A program made the translations under genes and the position numbers. Shown in pieces: positions 32,671 through 43,034 of a DNA stretch of 64,000 nt. The first letter of the stretch is position 1; every line of letters begins with the position of its first letter. The DNA comes from Candidatus Bathyarchaeota archaeon (lineage in GTDB: Archaea > Thermoproteota > Bathyarchaeia > Bathyarchaeales > Bathycorpusculaceae), in assembly GCA_963770935.1 (NCBI GenBank), contig CAVYRJ010000009.1, positions 140,728 to 204,727 on the forward strand, written 5' to 3'. Under the pieces are notes generated by a model, which had not been told where the DNA came from, did no database searches, and saw only the letters and a list, made by a program, of their open reading frames with translations.

Positions 32671-33684
32671 TTAGACTTTTGGCTTAGCGAGCGGTGTCTG
32701 CACTGGATCTAGAGCGGGTGCACCTATGGCGTCTCTAAGATAAGCCTTGTAAGGACCTAGTTTTCCTCCATAGTTGCCGGACGAAATCTTTACAACCCCT
32801 GGCACAGCGACTGCAGCTGTTACACCTACTTTCAAGGCGTTTTTGATAGCATCAAGTGTTAGACCGTTAATAACAATTTCATAAACACAAGTCACACCGT
32901 CTGGAACAACAGAATCTGGCACAAGCGTGCGCAAAGTTGGGCAGTACGGGTGGTTAGTTGATGCTTTAAGTTTGTATTTAAGTGAGCCCGCTTTGCTTCC
33001 AGCACGGCAAACTCCTCCTGGAAAAATCATGATTACGTCAGGAACATTCTTTCGAATTGCTTCGGCTGCTTCTTCGCTAGCTTTGAGACCAGCTTCTTGG
33101 GTAGCTGCAAAAATCATAAAGTTGCCGCCAGCAATTGCTTCCATAGCGCCAAAGCCGTCTTCAACGATAAAATTGCCCTCCATTACTGGGATTTTCCAGC
33201 ATTTTCTTCCTCCTACCATCGCTTTTTTCTGAAAGCCGTCGCCGAAGTATCGTAAACTGCTGCCAACGTTAAGGGTGCGTTTGCCGGTTAAACCGTTGAA
33301 AGCTGCTGTTGTTGGACAAGTTAAGGTGCATTGTCCTATGCGTTCCATGAGCTGATGCTTGAGTTCAAATCGATCTCGATTGTAAATTTGGATAAGAACA
33401 CCAGGCCGTTTGTCTGGTGTCTGGTCTGCTGGAACCGGGCGTTCGATGGCTGCTTCTGCAGAAGCGGCAATTACACTCGTGGCAAAACCCGTTGTTAGGC
33501 CAGCGGCGATTTGTGCCCATTTCTCATTTTGAGCGGTAATCAAAACTCTTCCCGCCCACAGAGCAAACATTTCGGCAAAAGTATCCTGAACCTTCACGAT
33601 GCCGCCTGATGGCGATTTTACTAGAAACATTTTTTCTTTATCATCGTAGCTTTGGATTTCAAGCTTGTTAGTGTTTGATGACAT
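32671..33684 (-). CDS. ftr: Formylmethanofuran:tetrahydromethanopterin formyltransferase
   Basis: DTFAEMF, GFATSVI, RIGQCTLTCPTTA, PVMEG, PGGVCRAGSK, ASTNHPYCPTLR, GNYGGKLG. Confidence 0.92.
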   Translation of the reverse strand: MSSNTNKLEIQSYDDKEKMFLVKSPSGGIVKVQDTFAEMFALWAGRVLITAQNEKWAQIAAGLTTGFATSVIAASAEAAIERPVPADQTPDKRPGVLIQIYNRDRFELKHQLMERIGQCTLTCPTTAAFNGLTGKRTLNVGSSLRYFGDGFQKKAMVGGRKCWKIPVMEGNFIVEDGFGAMEAIAGGNFMIFAATQEAGLKASEEAAEAIRKNVPDVIMIFPGGVCRAGSKAGSLKYKLKASTNHPYCPTLRTLVPDSVVPDGVTCVYEIVINGLTLDAIKNALKVGVTAAVAVPGVVKISSGNYGGKLGPYKAYLRDAIGAPALDPVQTPLAKPKV

Positions 33685-33890
33685 GAAGGAGACCTTGCCA
33701 GTTCTGTTGGGAATTGTATAATTTAAGAGTTTTCATAATTTTTTCAATTTCAACTTGCTACTTTCTGAATTATTCCATGACGATCAGGTGCGGCTGAAGA
33801 AAATGCTGCGCAAAAGGCTGATTGTTGTAGCTGCCAAACAATCACGTATGCTTAATTGCTACTCAAGGGAACAATATCTTGTGAATTAAT

Positions 33891-34116
33891 GTGGCAATCA
33901 GTGAGCGGATTGGAATTGTCCGGTTCTGTGAAACACCAAAAAATAAAGAAAGAATTATGAGCAGAACAGGTTTGAACTGATGTGCAAGCAGAATCCTATT
34001 TGACTATTCTTACAAAGCAAAACATGATAATGCAAAACAATGGGAAATATGTTGTCACAACGAAAGGGCAGGAGTACATCTTTTCCTCTGAAAGAATCAG
34101 AAAAATCAAAGCCTAA
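33891..34116 (+). CDS. Small winged-helix protein (HTH_45/ArnR1-like), one +1 frameshift near 33978
   Basis: Corrected translation: (M)AISERIGIVRFCETPKNKERIMSRTGLNDVQAESYLTILTKQNMIMQNNGKYVVTTKGQEY. Absent from the ORF track. Confidence 0.6.
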
Positions 34117-34255
34117 TATTTTTTTCTGATTTCAAAATCATTCTGTAATTATTCTACTGTTCGTAATTCTATTTTAGAGAGAAAGCTGTTTCTAACATCA
34201 CGTTTGGTATAGGCTTTATCAACTTGACGCGCATATAGAAGCTGAAGGTTAAGCA

Positions 34256-35080
34256 ATGAAAAACCCAGTTGACTGGCAGAAAATCTTCCTCGAATGCAAA
34301 AACAACATAAAAACAAACATCCAACCCTGCCTAAAAACTCTAAAACAACCTCAACCTAACCTGGGAATGGGTGCTGGCGGAGACGCCATGAAACCTGTGG
34401 ACTTGGCAGCTGAAACAGCCATAATCGACACTCTCCAGCATCACGGTGTTTCATTCACATTAATTAGCGAGGAGTCAGGCATAAAGAAATTCGGTAGCAC
34501 ACCCGAAGAATGCTATTTGACTGTTGACCCCATAGATGGAACCACTAATTTGACGCATGGCTTACCCTTCTACGCTTCCTCAATCGCCGTTTCCAAAAAA
34601 CCTGAACTCGCCGACGTCTACGCTGGAATGGTTGTGGACCTTTCTCACGATGTAATGTACACTGCGTTTAGAGGCAAAGGCGCATATCGGGACGGTGTAA
34701 AGATTGAATCTTCAAAAAATGCTTTTTTGGATGATGCCGTGGTTGGTTTAGACTTAAACACTTTCAAAACCAAAGCAGTGATTTCAAAAGTCACCGCTAT
34801 TATAGAGAATACAAAACACATTCGGCATTTTGGCGCTAACGCACTCGAGGTCTGCTACGTTGCTAATGGCTTAACGGAAGCGTTCATTGATTTGCGGGGA
34901 AAAATCCGCACCACAGACGTTGCCGCTGGATTCCTCATAGTGAAGGAAGCAGGCGGATTAGTAACATCCCCAGACAACCAACCAGTAAATGTAAAGTTGG
35001 ATCCCATGCAAAAGTTAAGTTTCATAGCTTCAGGTAACATGCAAATTCACCAAAAAATCGTAAGCTTGGTCAAACTCTAA
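34256..35080 (+). CDS. suhB: Inositol monophosphatase / FBPase (SuhB family)
   Basis: ISEESG, DPIDGTTN, RHFGANALE, DVAAGFLIVKEAGG. Confidence 0.9.
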   Translation: MKNPVDWQKIFLECKNNIKTNIQPCLKTLKQPQPNLGMGAGGDAMKPVDLAAETAIIDTLQHHGVSFTLISEESGIKKFGSTPEECYLTVDPIDGTTNLTHGLPFYASSIAVSKKPELADVYAGMVVDLSHDVMYTAFRGKGAYRDGVKIESSKNAFLDDAVVGLDLNTFKTKAVISKVTAIIENTKHIRHFGANALEVCYVANGLTEAFIDLRGKIRTTDVAAGFLIVKEAGGLVTSPDNQPVNVKLDPMQKLSFIASGNMQIHQKIVSLVKL

Positions 35081-35922
35081 TGCTAAAGTTGCTCTTACCA
35101 CACCCTGCAGCTCTAGTAAAAACTAATAAAACTAGAACTCTTCTTATCGCTGACCCACACTTAGGTTGGGAAATACAACTTCAGGAAAAAGGAATCCATG
35201 TACCAAGCCAAACCACGAAAATTCTAAAAAAGTTAACGGGAATTATTACCGAATACAAACCTGAGAGATTAGTTATTCTTGGCGATGTAAAGTACACGGT
35301 TGTTTCACATGAGTTTGGCGAGTGGCAGGACATTCCTGACTTCTTCAAAAAACTCGATGTTTGCATCGAAAACATTTCTATCGTTCGCGGTAACCACGAC
35401 GCCAACCTGGAACCGCTTCTACCTGAGAATGTCGAGTTTTTGCCTGCAACTGGAGTAACGGTAGGTGAAGTGGGAGTTTTTCACGGCCATAAATGGCCCT
35501 CGCCAGAGTTATTGGGGTGTAAAACGTTGGTTATGGGACATCTGCACCCTGTGGTGGTTTTCCGTGACCCAACGGGCTGCAAAATTACAAGGCAAGTTTG
35601 GATGAAAGCAAAATGTGAAACTGACCCTCTATCAAAAATACTTCTGCAAAAAAGCGGAGTAAAAATCGAAAGGTCGGTGGCTGACACCTTAAAGGAACAC
35701 TACAATCTCAAAGCAAGGGTAAAAGAGATTTTTATCATGCCCAGCTTCAACGATTTTTTGGGCGGCAGACCAGTAAATGAAACCCGACCCCGTAAAGAAA
35801 TCGGCAGCGAAGCGTTGATTGGACCGGTTTTGCGCTCCGAAGCGGTGGATGTAGATAATGCAGAGCTTTACCTTTTAGACGGTACATTTCTTGGAACATT
35901 AAATCAGCTTCGGAAATTGTGA
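35080..35922 (+). CDS. Calcineurin-like metallophosphoesterase
   Basis: ADPHLG, LGDVK, RGNHD, FHGH, GHLHP, MPSFN. Confidence 0.88.
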   Translation: MLKLLLPHPAALVKTNKTRTLLIADPHLGWEIQLQEKGIHVPSQTTKILKKLTGIITEYKPERLVILGDVKYTVVSHEFGEWQDIPDFFKKLDVCIENISIVRGNHDANLEPLLPENVEFLPATGVTVGEVGVFHGHKWPSPELLGCKTLVMGHLHPVVVFRDPTGCKITRQVWMKAKCETDPLSKILLQKSGVKIERSVADTLKEHYNLKARVKEIFIMPSFNDFLGGRPVNETRPRKEIGSEALIGPVLRSEAVDVDNAELYLLDGTFLGTLNQLRKL

Positions 35923-36002
35923 TTAGTTAGGGTTTTGCCACGCTAACTCTTATATTTGCCACATGTTATATGCATGATATTGTTTGAGGAGGATAAAACA
36001 AA

Positions 36003-36155
36003 TTGAAGCTTGTAACAGTTCTATTACCAGAAGCGTACCTAGAAGGGCTGGATGAATTAGTCCGAGCCAACATGTATCCGAGCCGAAGCAGCGTGATCAG
36101 GTCTTCGGTACGTGACTTGCTCAAAAAAGAGCTTTGGGAAAACAAACGCAGATAA
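36003..36155 (+). CDS. Ribbon-helix-helix regulator, CdrS/aCcr1-like (50 aa)
   Basis: TTG start after GAGGAGG; MKLVTVLLPEAYLEGLDELVRANMYPSRSSVIRSSVRDLLKKELWENKRR. Below the ORF-track cutoff. Confidence 0.8.
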   Translation: MKLVTVLLPEAYLEGLDELVRANMYPSRSSVIRSSVRDLLKKELWENKRR

Positions 36156-36162
36156 ACTGCAG

Positions 36163-36930
36163 CTAAATCCCCTTTATTGAATCATAAAGTGACCGGGCGG
36201 CGTATGCTGGGTTATCAGAGCTGATTATTTCTCTTCCAACAATTAGGAAGCTGGCACCTGCTTTAATCGCTGTTTCTGCAGCTCCTCCCTGTGCACCCAC
36301 GCCAGGAGAGTAAATTGCAACTTTTCACCTAGTATCTGCTTTACTCTCAGCAATCTTCGCAGGAACCGTGGCTCCAACCACTACTCCGTCAGCACCCCAT
36401 TTCAAAGCTTTCCTTGCAAAGGAGATGTATTGCGGTGTTTGTTGGCCTGTTTCTGGGTCAATTATTGTTTGTCCGTAGCCTTCGTTTGCTCCTTTATGGC
36501 TCATGTAAGTGAGCAGTATTACGCCTCTGTTAAGCCGCTTTGAAACGTCGAAGAGCGGTTTTAAGCCTTCATCCCAACCAACAAAAGGATTAGCTATTAT
36601 GGCATCAAAACCTGCGGCAAAATAGTACTCTGCAATTATTTGGTTGGTGTTGCCGATGTCGTTGACTTTGGCATCCATGATTGCAAGCATGCCATAACCG
36701 TGTATCTGCTCCACAAGCTGTTGCACACCATCAAAGGTGCCTAGGGGAAGAGTCAAATGATGATTTATCTTAACCGCGCAAACATAGGGATGAACAGCCT
36801 TAAGGATCTTTTGCGCCTTAGCCAAAATTTTATCTCGGTTCCCAGCGGCTTCGAATGGAAGATCCAATGCTAAAATAATGCGTGAATCCTTGCTTTTTGC
36901 TGCTTCATGCATTTTCGCTTTAAACGACAA
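36163..36930 (-). CDS. pyrF: Orotidine 5'-phosphate decarboxylase (apparent TGA at 36325-36327 from compensating +1/-1 errors)
   Basis: ILALD, VKIN, DAKVNDIGNT, VVGAT. After the TGA the same frame continues IYSPGVGAQGG...IVGREII to TAG 36163. Confidence 0.92.
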
Positions 36931-37148
36931 TTAGCTGGCCTCTGCATGTAATTGTTTAGCGCTTGACTATTTCATTTTTTCCATTAAAAAACGTATAATT
37001 TTCAATTGGATTGGAAACTTGAGCTGAGTTCTTTCAAAGTATTTACAACTTCAAGTGGAAAAAAGTAAAAACCATCAAGTGAAGAGAAATCGCCAAAATA
37101 TTCATTCACTAAAGTTACCTTATTCAATAAGAATGGAGTCGGGAACTT

Positions 37149-37856
37149 TTAGACGTCCCAAACTGATGAGCTGACAAGTTTCCAAGCGATTACTAAGTCC
37201 ATTGCTGGGTTGTTGAATCTTTGTACGTCGCTTAAAGTTTCGAGCATTCCTGTTTCTTTATCGAAAAAGACAGTTGTGATTTTTCTTTGAAGTGTACTGT
37301 AAGTTGGGTCGTTTACGTCGAAGAAGTCGTTTTGCAATGACCAAGAATTTCTTTGTCTGGTACTGTTAGCGTATGTTTCAGTGTCGGTGCTGTTAACGAT
37401 TAGTCCGTCATTTCCGCTTGGACGAACCTTGTCATTTAAGTTAAGGTTTGGAGCGTAAAGTGCCCAAAACCCTGTGTATTGGTTAGTTTGCAAGCCATTT
37501 GCAATGTTAATGGTTTGCTGGTAAGTCCTTTCTGTTCCATTAATGAATCGCCACACTGAATCCATCGATACCGTACTGCCGTTTACACCCGTTATTGTAA
37601 CTTTATAGTAGTCCGTATCGTTATACTGCGAGAATCCCGCAGGTTCCACTGCGTCTAAACCAATTAAATTTGATGTGCTATGTATACTGTAAGTGAAGGT
37701 GTCACCAACGTTGACGCCTGGTGTTACTTCTTCAACAGATGGATTCCCTGCCCCATAGTAAGAGTAAACTATTGCCCCAGTTGCCGCTATAAGAACAATT
37801 AAGAGAAAAACTGCAATGTAAATTTTCTTAGATGATCCTTTCCGTTTAATAGCCAT
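37149..37856 (-). CDS. Membrane-anchored exported hypothetical protein
   Basis: Basic N-terminus plus TM helix, PGVNVGDTFTY, FDKETGML; several N-x-S/T sequons. Confidence 0.7.
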   Translation of the reverse strand: MAIKRKGSSKKIYIAVFLLIVLIAATGAIVYSYYGAGNPSVEEVTPGVNVGDTFTYSIHSTSNLIGLDAVEPAGFSQYNDTDYYKVTITGVNGSTVSMDSVWRFINGTERTYQQTINIANGLQTNQYTGFWALYAPNLNLNDKVRPSGNDGLIVNSTDTETYANSTRQRNSWSLQNDFFDVNDPTYSTLQRKITTVFFDKETGMLETLSDVQRFNNPAMDLVIAWKLVSSSVWDV

Positions 37857-37975
37857 AGCTCTAACACTGCCATAGTCAAGTATTTAGTTGTTTTCCCAAA
37901 ACCCCTTAAAAATAAGGGGCATTTCCAAGAGATGATTAAGCTACCAAAATCCAAAGTCAACTATTTTGAGGGAAT

Positions 37976-38350
37976 TTACGAAAATTTTATTCTACTTTGA
38001 CTCTCAACCTTAGAATCGAGCGATTCTGAGGCAGATTTGGCTTTTTCTTCAGCTTGCTTTTTGTTCAAGCGAATCATGAGTTTGTGGTTTTTCTTGACAA
38101 GAACCACATCACTCTCTTGAACACAATCAACAACAACTTCTCCGTTATACTTCATGCGGCTAACATAGCCTAGTTCGCGCAGCTCCTTCATTAGAAGTTC
38201 ACGCGAGGCTCTCAACAACTCACTTGATGTATCGGGGCCTCGGTTAAAGCAAAAAGTAAGAACTTTCTTTTCTGAATCATAGTTTGCCTTCGTTCCTTTA
38301 CCGATCCTCTCTACTTGACCCCATTCTAATTTCTGGGCGGATTCTCTCAA
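37976..38350 (-). CDS. Hypothetical protein co-oriented downstream of aIF2-alpha
   Basis: 124-aa ORF starting 11 nt after the aIF2-alpha stop. Confidence 0.6.
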   Translation of the reverse strand: MRESAQKLEWGQVERIGKGTKANYDSEKKVLTFCFNRGPDTSSELLRASRELLMKELRELGYVSRMKYNGEVVVDCVQESDVVLVKKNHKLMIRLNKKQAEEKAKSASESLDSKVESQSRIKFS

Positions 38351-38361
38351 AAACTCACCGT

Positions 38362-39150
38362 CTATTTCTCTCTCTTAAAAGTCCCTTGTCCGCCTGCTTG
38401 AGAAATGTTGGTAACTACGTTTTCACTTACGTTATCGAGCACTTCTTCGGCACGTTTCCAATTGTCAGCTGAAACTTCAACACTGTATTTTGGGGCAGCG
38501 ATTACTGAGAATTCGATTTTGGCGTCTTTTGCTTCTTGGGCTTTCTTGGCTCGACTGAATGCTTCTTGGATACATCGGACACCGTTTGGCTTCATGCAAC
38601 GAACCTCAATGACACCTTTGACTTTTACTGTCTTAATTTTTATGCGTTCTTCTGCAACTTGGGCAATAACTTTGGCTAGGTCTTCGGGAATTGCGAGTTT
38701 AGTTAAGATTTCTGCGCCTTCTTTTACTACTTTTTCGAAGCCATCGTATAGACCGAATTTTTCTTCAAGTATAACTCCTGCTTTTTGGTAGACTTCATGG
38801 ATGGGTAAACCCGACTTCTCAGCTACGGCATGCAGAAGCGCATCTCCTTTGCGGTCTTTTTTCCATGATTTAATTTTTTCTATACGTTCACGTTTGGTAA
38901 CTCGTCTTAACGATAGGTCAATGTGTCCTTTTTCAACGTCTACGCGGAGAACTTTCAGGACCATTTTCTGGTTTTCGCGGACGAAGTCGCGGACGTTTCT
39001 TATTCGGGCACTGGATATTTCGGAGATATGAAGAAAACCTCGTCTACTGTATTCATCTAGGTTAGCGTATGCTCCGTAATCCATCACACTCTCTACCGTG
39101 GCAATAACAAGGTCGCCCGATTCAGGCCATTCAGGTTTATGTTCAGACAT
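38362..39150 (-). CDS. eif2a: Translation initiation factor 2 subunit alpha (aIF2-alpha)
   Basis: S1 domain WPESGDLV...GAYANLDEY...LHISEIS, KGHIDLSLRRV, AAPKY. Confidence 0.95.
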   Translation of the reverse strand: MSEHKPEWPESGDLVIATVESVMDYGAYANLDEYSRRGFLHISEISSARIRNVRDFVRENQKMVLKVLRVDVEKGHIDLSLRRVTKRERIEKIKSWKKDRKGDALLHAVAEKSGLPIHEVYQKAGVILEEKFGLYDGFEKVVKEGAEILTKLAIPEDLAKVIAQVAEERIKIKTVKVKGVIEVRCMKPNGVRCIQEAFSRAKKAQEAKDAKIEFSVIAAPKYSVEVSADNWKRAEEVLDNVSENVVTNISQAGGQGTFKREK

Positions 39151-39401
39151 TATTTACATCCTACTTAGCGGACAAATCGACTTTTTACAAGTAAAAAGTC
39201 TCATAATAAAACTTGTTACTTAAAAGATAAGGTTTTCTACTTGAAAAAATGTGTTTTGACTAAGATAGTGAAAAGTAGCTGTTTTAGATTTTTTTTAACC
39301 TTGACGACAGAAATTTTGAGAACGCTATTGGATTGTCATTCTTAAATATCTCTTGATTATAGTAGTAAATTAGGAAAGCTCTGACTTTTGGAGAGATTTA
39401 A

Positions 39402-41432
39402 ATGAAGAATCGAATCTGCCTTTTCTTAATAATTATCTTGTTAATCCCGGCGTTTTCAGGTATCGTAACTCAAGATGTTTTCGCGCAGACTCCAAACCTT
39501 CTGGATCCGCGAGTTATCCCTAAATGGGTAAACCAACTTGCCGGAGCTCCCCCAATCTATGTTCCAAACAACGTTACAGACGACTCTGGCAAACTAATAC
39601 GACAAGAATACGTCGTTAACGTGCGTGAATTTGAGCAACAAATATTGCCAATTATGGATTCCAGTGGAAAACCAACTGGATTCGGATCAACTAAAGTTTG
39701 GGGATTTGAGGGAACAGCCAAAGATGCGGTAACAGGAGAAACCTTGGGTTTAATCCAGAGCACTCCAGGATGCACTTTTGAAGCTATTCGCGGTGTTCCA
39801 GCTCAAGTGAAATGGGTAAATAACCTTATCGACGCTTCAGGAAACCCTTTATCACATATGTTTGCTGTTGACCCAACAATAGATTGGGCCAACCCTAACA
39901 ATATGGAGATGCCTAACTCAATTTCTGCCCCGCCATTTCCAAGCGGTTATCCTCAAGCCCAAAGTCCAGTTCCCATTGTGATGCATTTACATGGAGGGGA
40001 AGTTTCGCCGAGTTCGGATGGAAACCCTGAAGCATGGTGGACCCCAAATGGTTTACACGGAGATGCATATAGTACTGAGTTGCCAACTGATCCTAATGCA
40101 GCAGTGTTTAGTTACCCCAATGAGCAGCAAGCCGCCACACTTTGGTATCATGACCACGCTATGGGAATAACTCGTCTTAATGTTATGTCTGGACTTGCTG
40201 GTTTCTACTTGCTGAGAAACCCTAGCGATTCGGTTGAGGATTTGTTGCCTAGTGGCGAGTTTGAAATTCCTCTTGCGATTCAGGATAGGAATTTTCTCTC
40301 TGACGGCTCACTTTATTTCCCCACTGAAGGCAGCGCACCATCGGTTCATCCATATTGGAACTCCACGTTTTTTGGGAACACCATAATGGTGAATGGAAAG
40401 GTGTGGCCAAATATGGATGTTAAACAAGGTCAGTACCGTATTCGAATTTTGGATGGGTCAAACTCTCGCTTCTACCTATTGCATTTCTCAAACAACATGC
40501 GTTTTACACAAATAGGAAGTGATGGCGGGTACCTTAAAGCCCCAGCATCACTCACTGTCCTTAGGATTTCGCCGGGTGAACGAGTTGACCTGTTGGTAGA
40601 TTTCTCTAACGTGTTGCCTGGCGAAAAAATTATTCTCGAAAATTTGGATTCAACAGCGAATGATGCAAAGCAAACTTTGGGTCAAATTATGCAATTCACA
40701 GTCACTGACAATAAAGGGGTATCACCGCAGTCTTTGCCCTCAGAATTAAATCCGACGCTGACAGGTAACTTTCCAAATTTGCCTTCGCCTTCTAAAACTA
40801 GAACATTTACTTTAGTTGAGCAAGCCGTGCCTGAGACGTTATCGATGCTGCTTGATGGACAACGGTGGAGCGCGCCAGTTTCTGAGAATCCCGAATTAGG
40901 TTCAACTGAAGATTGGGTAATTGTCAATCCGACAATGAATTCACATCCAATTCATCTGCATCTTGTCCAGTTCCAACTTGTTGAGCGCCGTAGATTTGAT
41001 TCCAATGAATATTTTACTGATTGGACAGCCCTAAATGGCGACCTTCCTCTGAATCATAGCACCATTAATGTTGCTTCGTTAGATCAGTACCTGATTGGTG
41101 AGCCTATTAAACCCGCTTTTAGTGAACAGGGCTGGAAAGACACTATTCAAGCTGAAGCTGGCATGGTTACGGTGATTAGAATTAGATTTGCACCCCAAGA
41201 CGGTTCTGATTACAAGTTTGATCCAACAGTTGGTTCTGGGTACGTTTGGCACTGCCATATTCTTGATCATGAGGACAACGAAATGATGCGCCCATTGATG
41301 ATAGTTGCAGCTACTCCCCAAACGGGGTCGCTGTTGTTTGTCGCCGCCGGCGCTGTTGTCGCGGTGGTTGCATTGGTGTTTGGGTGGGTTGTTTTCAAAC
41401 GTGTTTGGAACCGTTCTATTAAAAAAGAATAA
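39402..41432 (+). CDS. Secreted, membrane-anchored multicopper oxidase (CotA/bilirubin oxidase-like)
   Basis: All four Cu motifs: HLHGG, WYHDH, HPIHLH, WHCHILDHEDNEM. Signal peptide and C-terminal TM helix. Confidence 0.92.
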   Translation: MKNRICLFLIIILLIPAFSGIVTQDVFAQTPNLLDPRVIPKWVNQLAGAPPIYVPNNVTDDSGKLIRQEYVVNVREFEQQILPIMDSSGKPTGFGSTKVWGFEGTAKDAVTGETLGLIQSTPGCTFEAIRGVPAQVKWVNNLIDASGNPLSHMFAVDPTIDWANPNNMEMPNSISAPPFPSGYPQAQSPVPIVMHLHGGEVSPSSDGNPEAWWTPNGLHGDAYSTELPTDPNAAVFSYPNEQQAATLWYHDHAMGITRLNVMSGLAGFYLLRNPSDSVEDLLPSGEFEIPLAIQDRNFLSDGSLYFPTEGSAPSVHPYWNSTFFGNTIMVNGKVWPNMDVKQGQYRIRILDGSNSRFYLLHFSNNMRFTQIGSDGGYLKAPASLTVLRISPGERVDLLVDFSNVLPGEKIILENLDSTANDAKQTLGQIMQFTVTDNKGVSPQSLPSELNPTLTGNFPNLPSPSKTRTFTLVEQAVPETLSMLLDGQRWSAPVSENPELGSTEDWVIVNPTMNSHPIHLHLVQFQLVERRRFDSNEYFTDWTALNGDLPLNHSTINVASLDQYLIGEPIKPAFSEQGWKDTIQAEAGMVTVIRIRFAPQDGSDYKFDPTVGSGYVWHCHILDHEDNEMMRPLMIVAATPQTGSLLFVAAGAVVAVVALVFGWVVFKRVWNRSIKKE

Positions 41433-41674
41433 TATGATGTCCGTTAAGGATGGGATTCAGTCACACCTTGCACATTAAACGCTTTCCGCTCGATCATAGC
41501 CCCAATTAATCTACAATAATGAATTTTGAAAACGGAAAATGCCGCGACTGCAAGTAATGTCAATACAAGTTATTTTTGGTTTTTGCCAGCGGCATTTATA
41601 TGTTGACGTGTATCTTTGAATAAACATAAAATGCGCTGTATTGTTGGGTTAGGTGAGGAGAGCTGTCAAATAAC

Positions 41675-42586
41675 TTGAAAAAAGAACCTTCATTGGCTTT
41701 TGGTGGACAAGCTCTAATTGAAGGAGTAATGATTCGTTCCAGAAAACACGTTGTTGCCTGCGTAAGAACCCCAAAAAAGGAAATAGTTACCGACATAAAA
41801 CAGATCAATCCCATTTCGGAAAAATACAGGATTCTCGGGTTCCCATTTTTCAGAGGCATTGTGAACATGGTTGAAAGCCTGCATATTGGCATCAAAAGCA
41901 TAATGTTTTCTGCGAATAATGCATTTGAAATTGAAGGCGAAGATGGCAAAGGACCAGAAAAGATAGAATTTGGGGTTTTGGAGATAGCAGTGCTTATTGC
42001 GGGCGTTTTGGGTATAACAGCTGTTTTTTTCCTAGCGCCCTTCCTTTTATCTACATGGCTGGGACTCGAGGTGGGCAGCCTCGTCTTCAATGTTGCTGAA
42101 GCAATCATACGCCTAGCGATGTTTGTAGGTTACTTATCAGCCATCTCGTTGTGGGGTCAATACAAGCGGGTACTTATGTACCATGGCGCAGAACACAAAG
42201 CCATCAATGCCCATGAAGCAGGAGTTCCGATGGACGTAGAGCACGTCAAGCATTATTCGCGGTTGCACCCAAGATGCGGAACTAGCTTCTTATTCATAGT
42301 GCTAATAATCAGTATCGTTTTATTCACCATAATGCCTACGATAATGCCCAAAATGGGTTTCGCTATAAACCTAGCTTACCGTATGCTGCTAATCCCGGTT
42401 ATCGCAGGAATCTCCTATGAACTGCTTAGGCTAAGCGGCAAATACAAAGATTCGCCAGTCACCAAAGTCTTCATCGCGCCTGGCTTGGCATTTCAACACT
42501 TAACCACCAAAGAGCCCACCGACGATATGCTAGAAGTCTCAATTAAAGCAGTTACAGAAGTCAACAGATTAATCTGCAACGCATAA
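41675..42586 (+). CDS. DUF1385 family membrane protein
   Basis: GGQALIEGVMIR, YHGAEHKAI, HPRCGTSF, LTTKEP. Confidence 0.88.
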   Translation: MKKEPSLAFGGQALIEGVMIRSRKHVVACVRTPKKEIVTDIKQINPISEKYRILGFPFFRGIVNMVESLHIGIKSIMFSANNAFEIEGEDGKGPEKIEFGVLEIAVLIAGVLGITAVFFLAPFLLSTWLGLEVGSLVFNVAEAIIRLAMFVGYLSAISLWGQYKRVLMYHGAEHKAINAHEAGVPMDVEHVKHYSRLHPRCGTSFLFIVLIISIVLFTIMPTIMPKMGFAINLAYRMLLIPVIAGISYELLRLSGKYKDSPVTKVFIAPGLAFQHLTTKEPTDDMLEVSIKAVTEVNRLICNA

Positions 42587-43034
42587 TAAAGGCAACGCGA
42601 AGGTGTGCTCAAGAGCAAATTCTCAAATCGAATTGCTTCCAACCCTTTAAAGATCTCTCGATAAATTTTTTTTATTCTAAGGATCAAAGTAAGAACAGGG
42701 AATCCAAAGGAGAAAAGCTTTCGCCCAAAGAGAAAATATATCTGATAAAACAGTCGCGTTTAAGATATTGACAAAGCTGTTTTTGGTAGATATATTTGTA
42801 TAATTTAAGTTTCTTTCTGGTTGTTGTAAGCGTTTTGTGTGCACAAGCTCGCTGGGCGGATATTTCTAAGCTTTCCTTTTGGTTTTGGGTTGTGGTTTGG
42901 GTTTTGTTTGGTTGTTGTTGAAATGATGGAGTCTTTTACATATTGGTTGTTGTTGATTGTAAAGAGGTTGTTGATTGCACTTTGACAGGTTGGGGAACTA
43001 AAAGTCATCAAAAGCCAGAAAGGGCAAGCTGTTA

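Noticed and set aside
32671-33684. ftr as evidence of methanogenesis
   Set aside because: Ftr also serves the archaeal Wood-Ljungdahl pathway, and there are no mcr or mtr genes in the window.
36325-36327. TGA recoding (selenocysteine or alternative code) in pyrF, yegP and the wHTH gene
   Set aside because: Many genes here end normally in TGA. The pyrF stop is explained by compensating +1/-1 errors (EVKQILGEK) and the wHTH stop by one insertion.
42805-43011. 68-aa minus-strand ORF in a T/G-skewed region
   Set aside because: Low-complexity sequence with no recognisable motif or SD, so I cannot support it as a gene.
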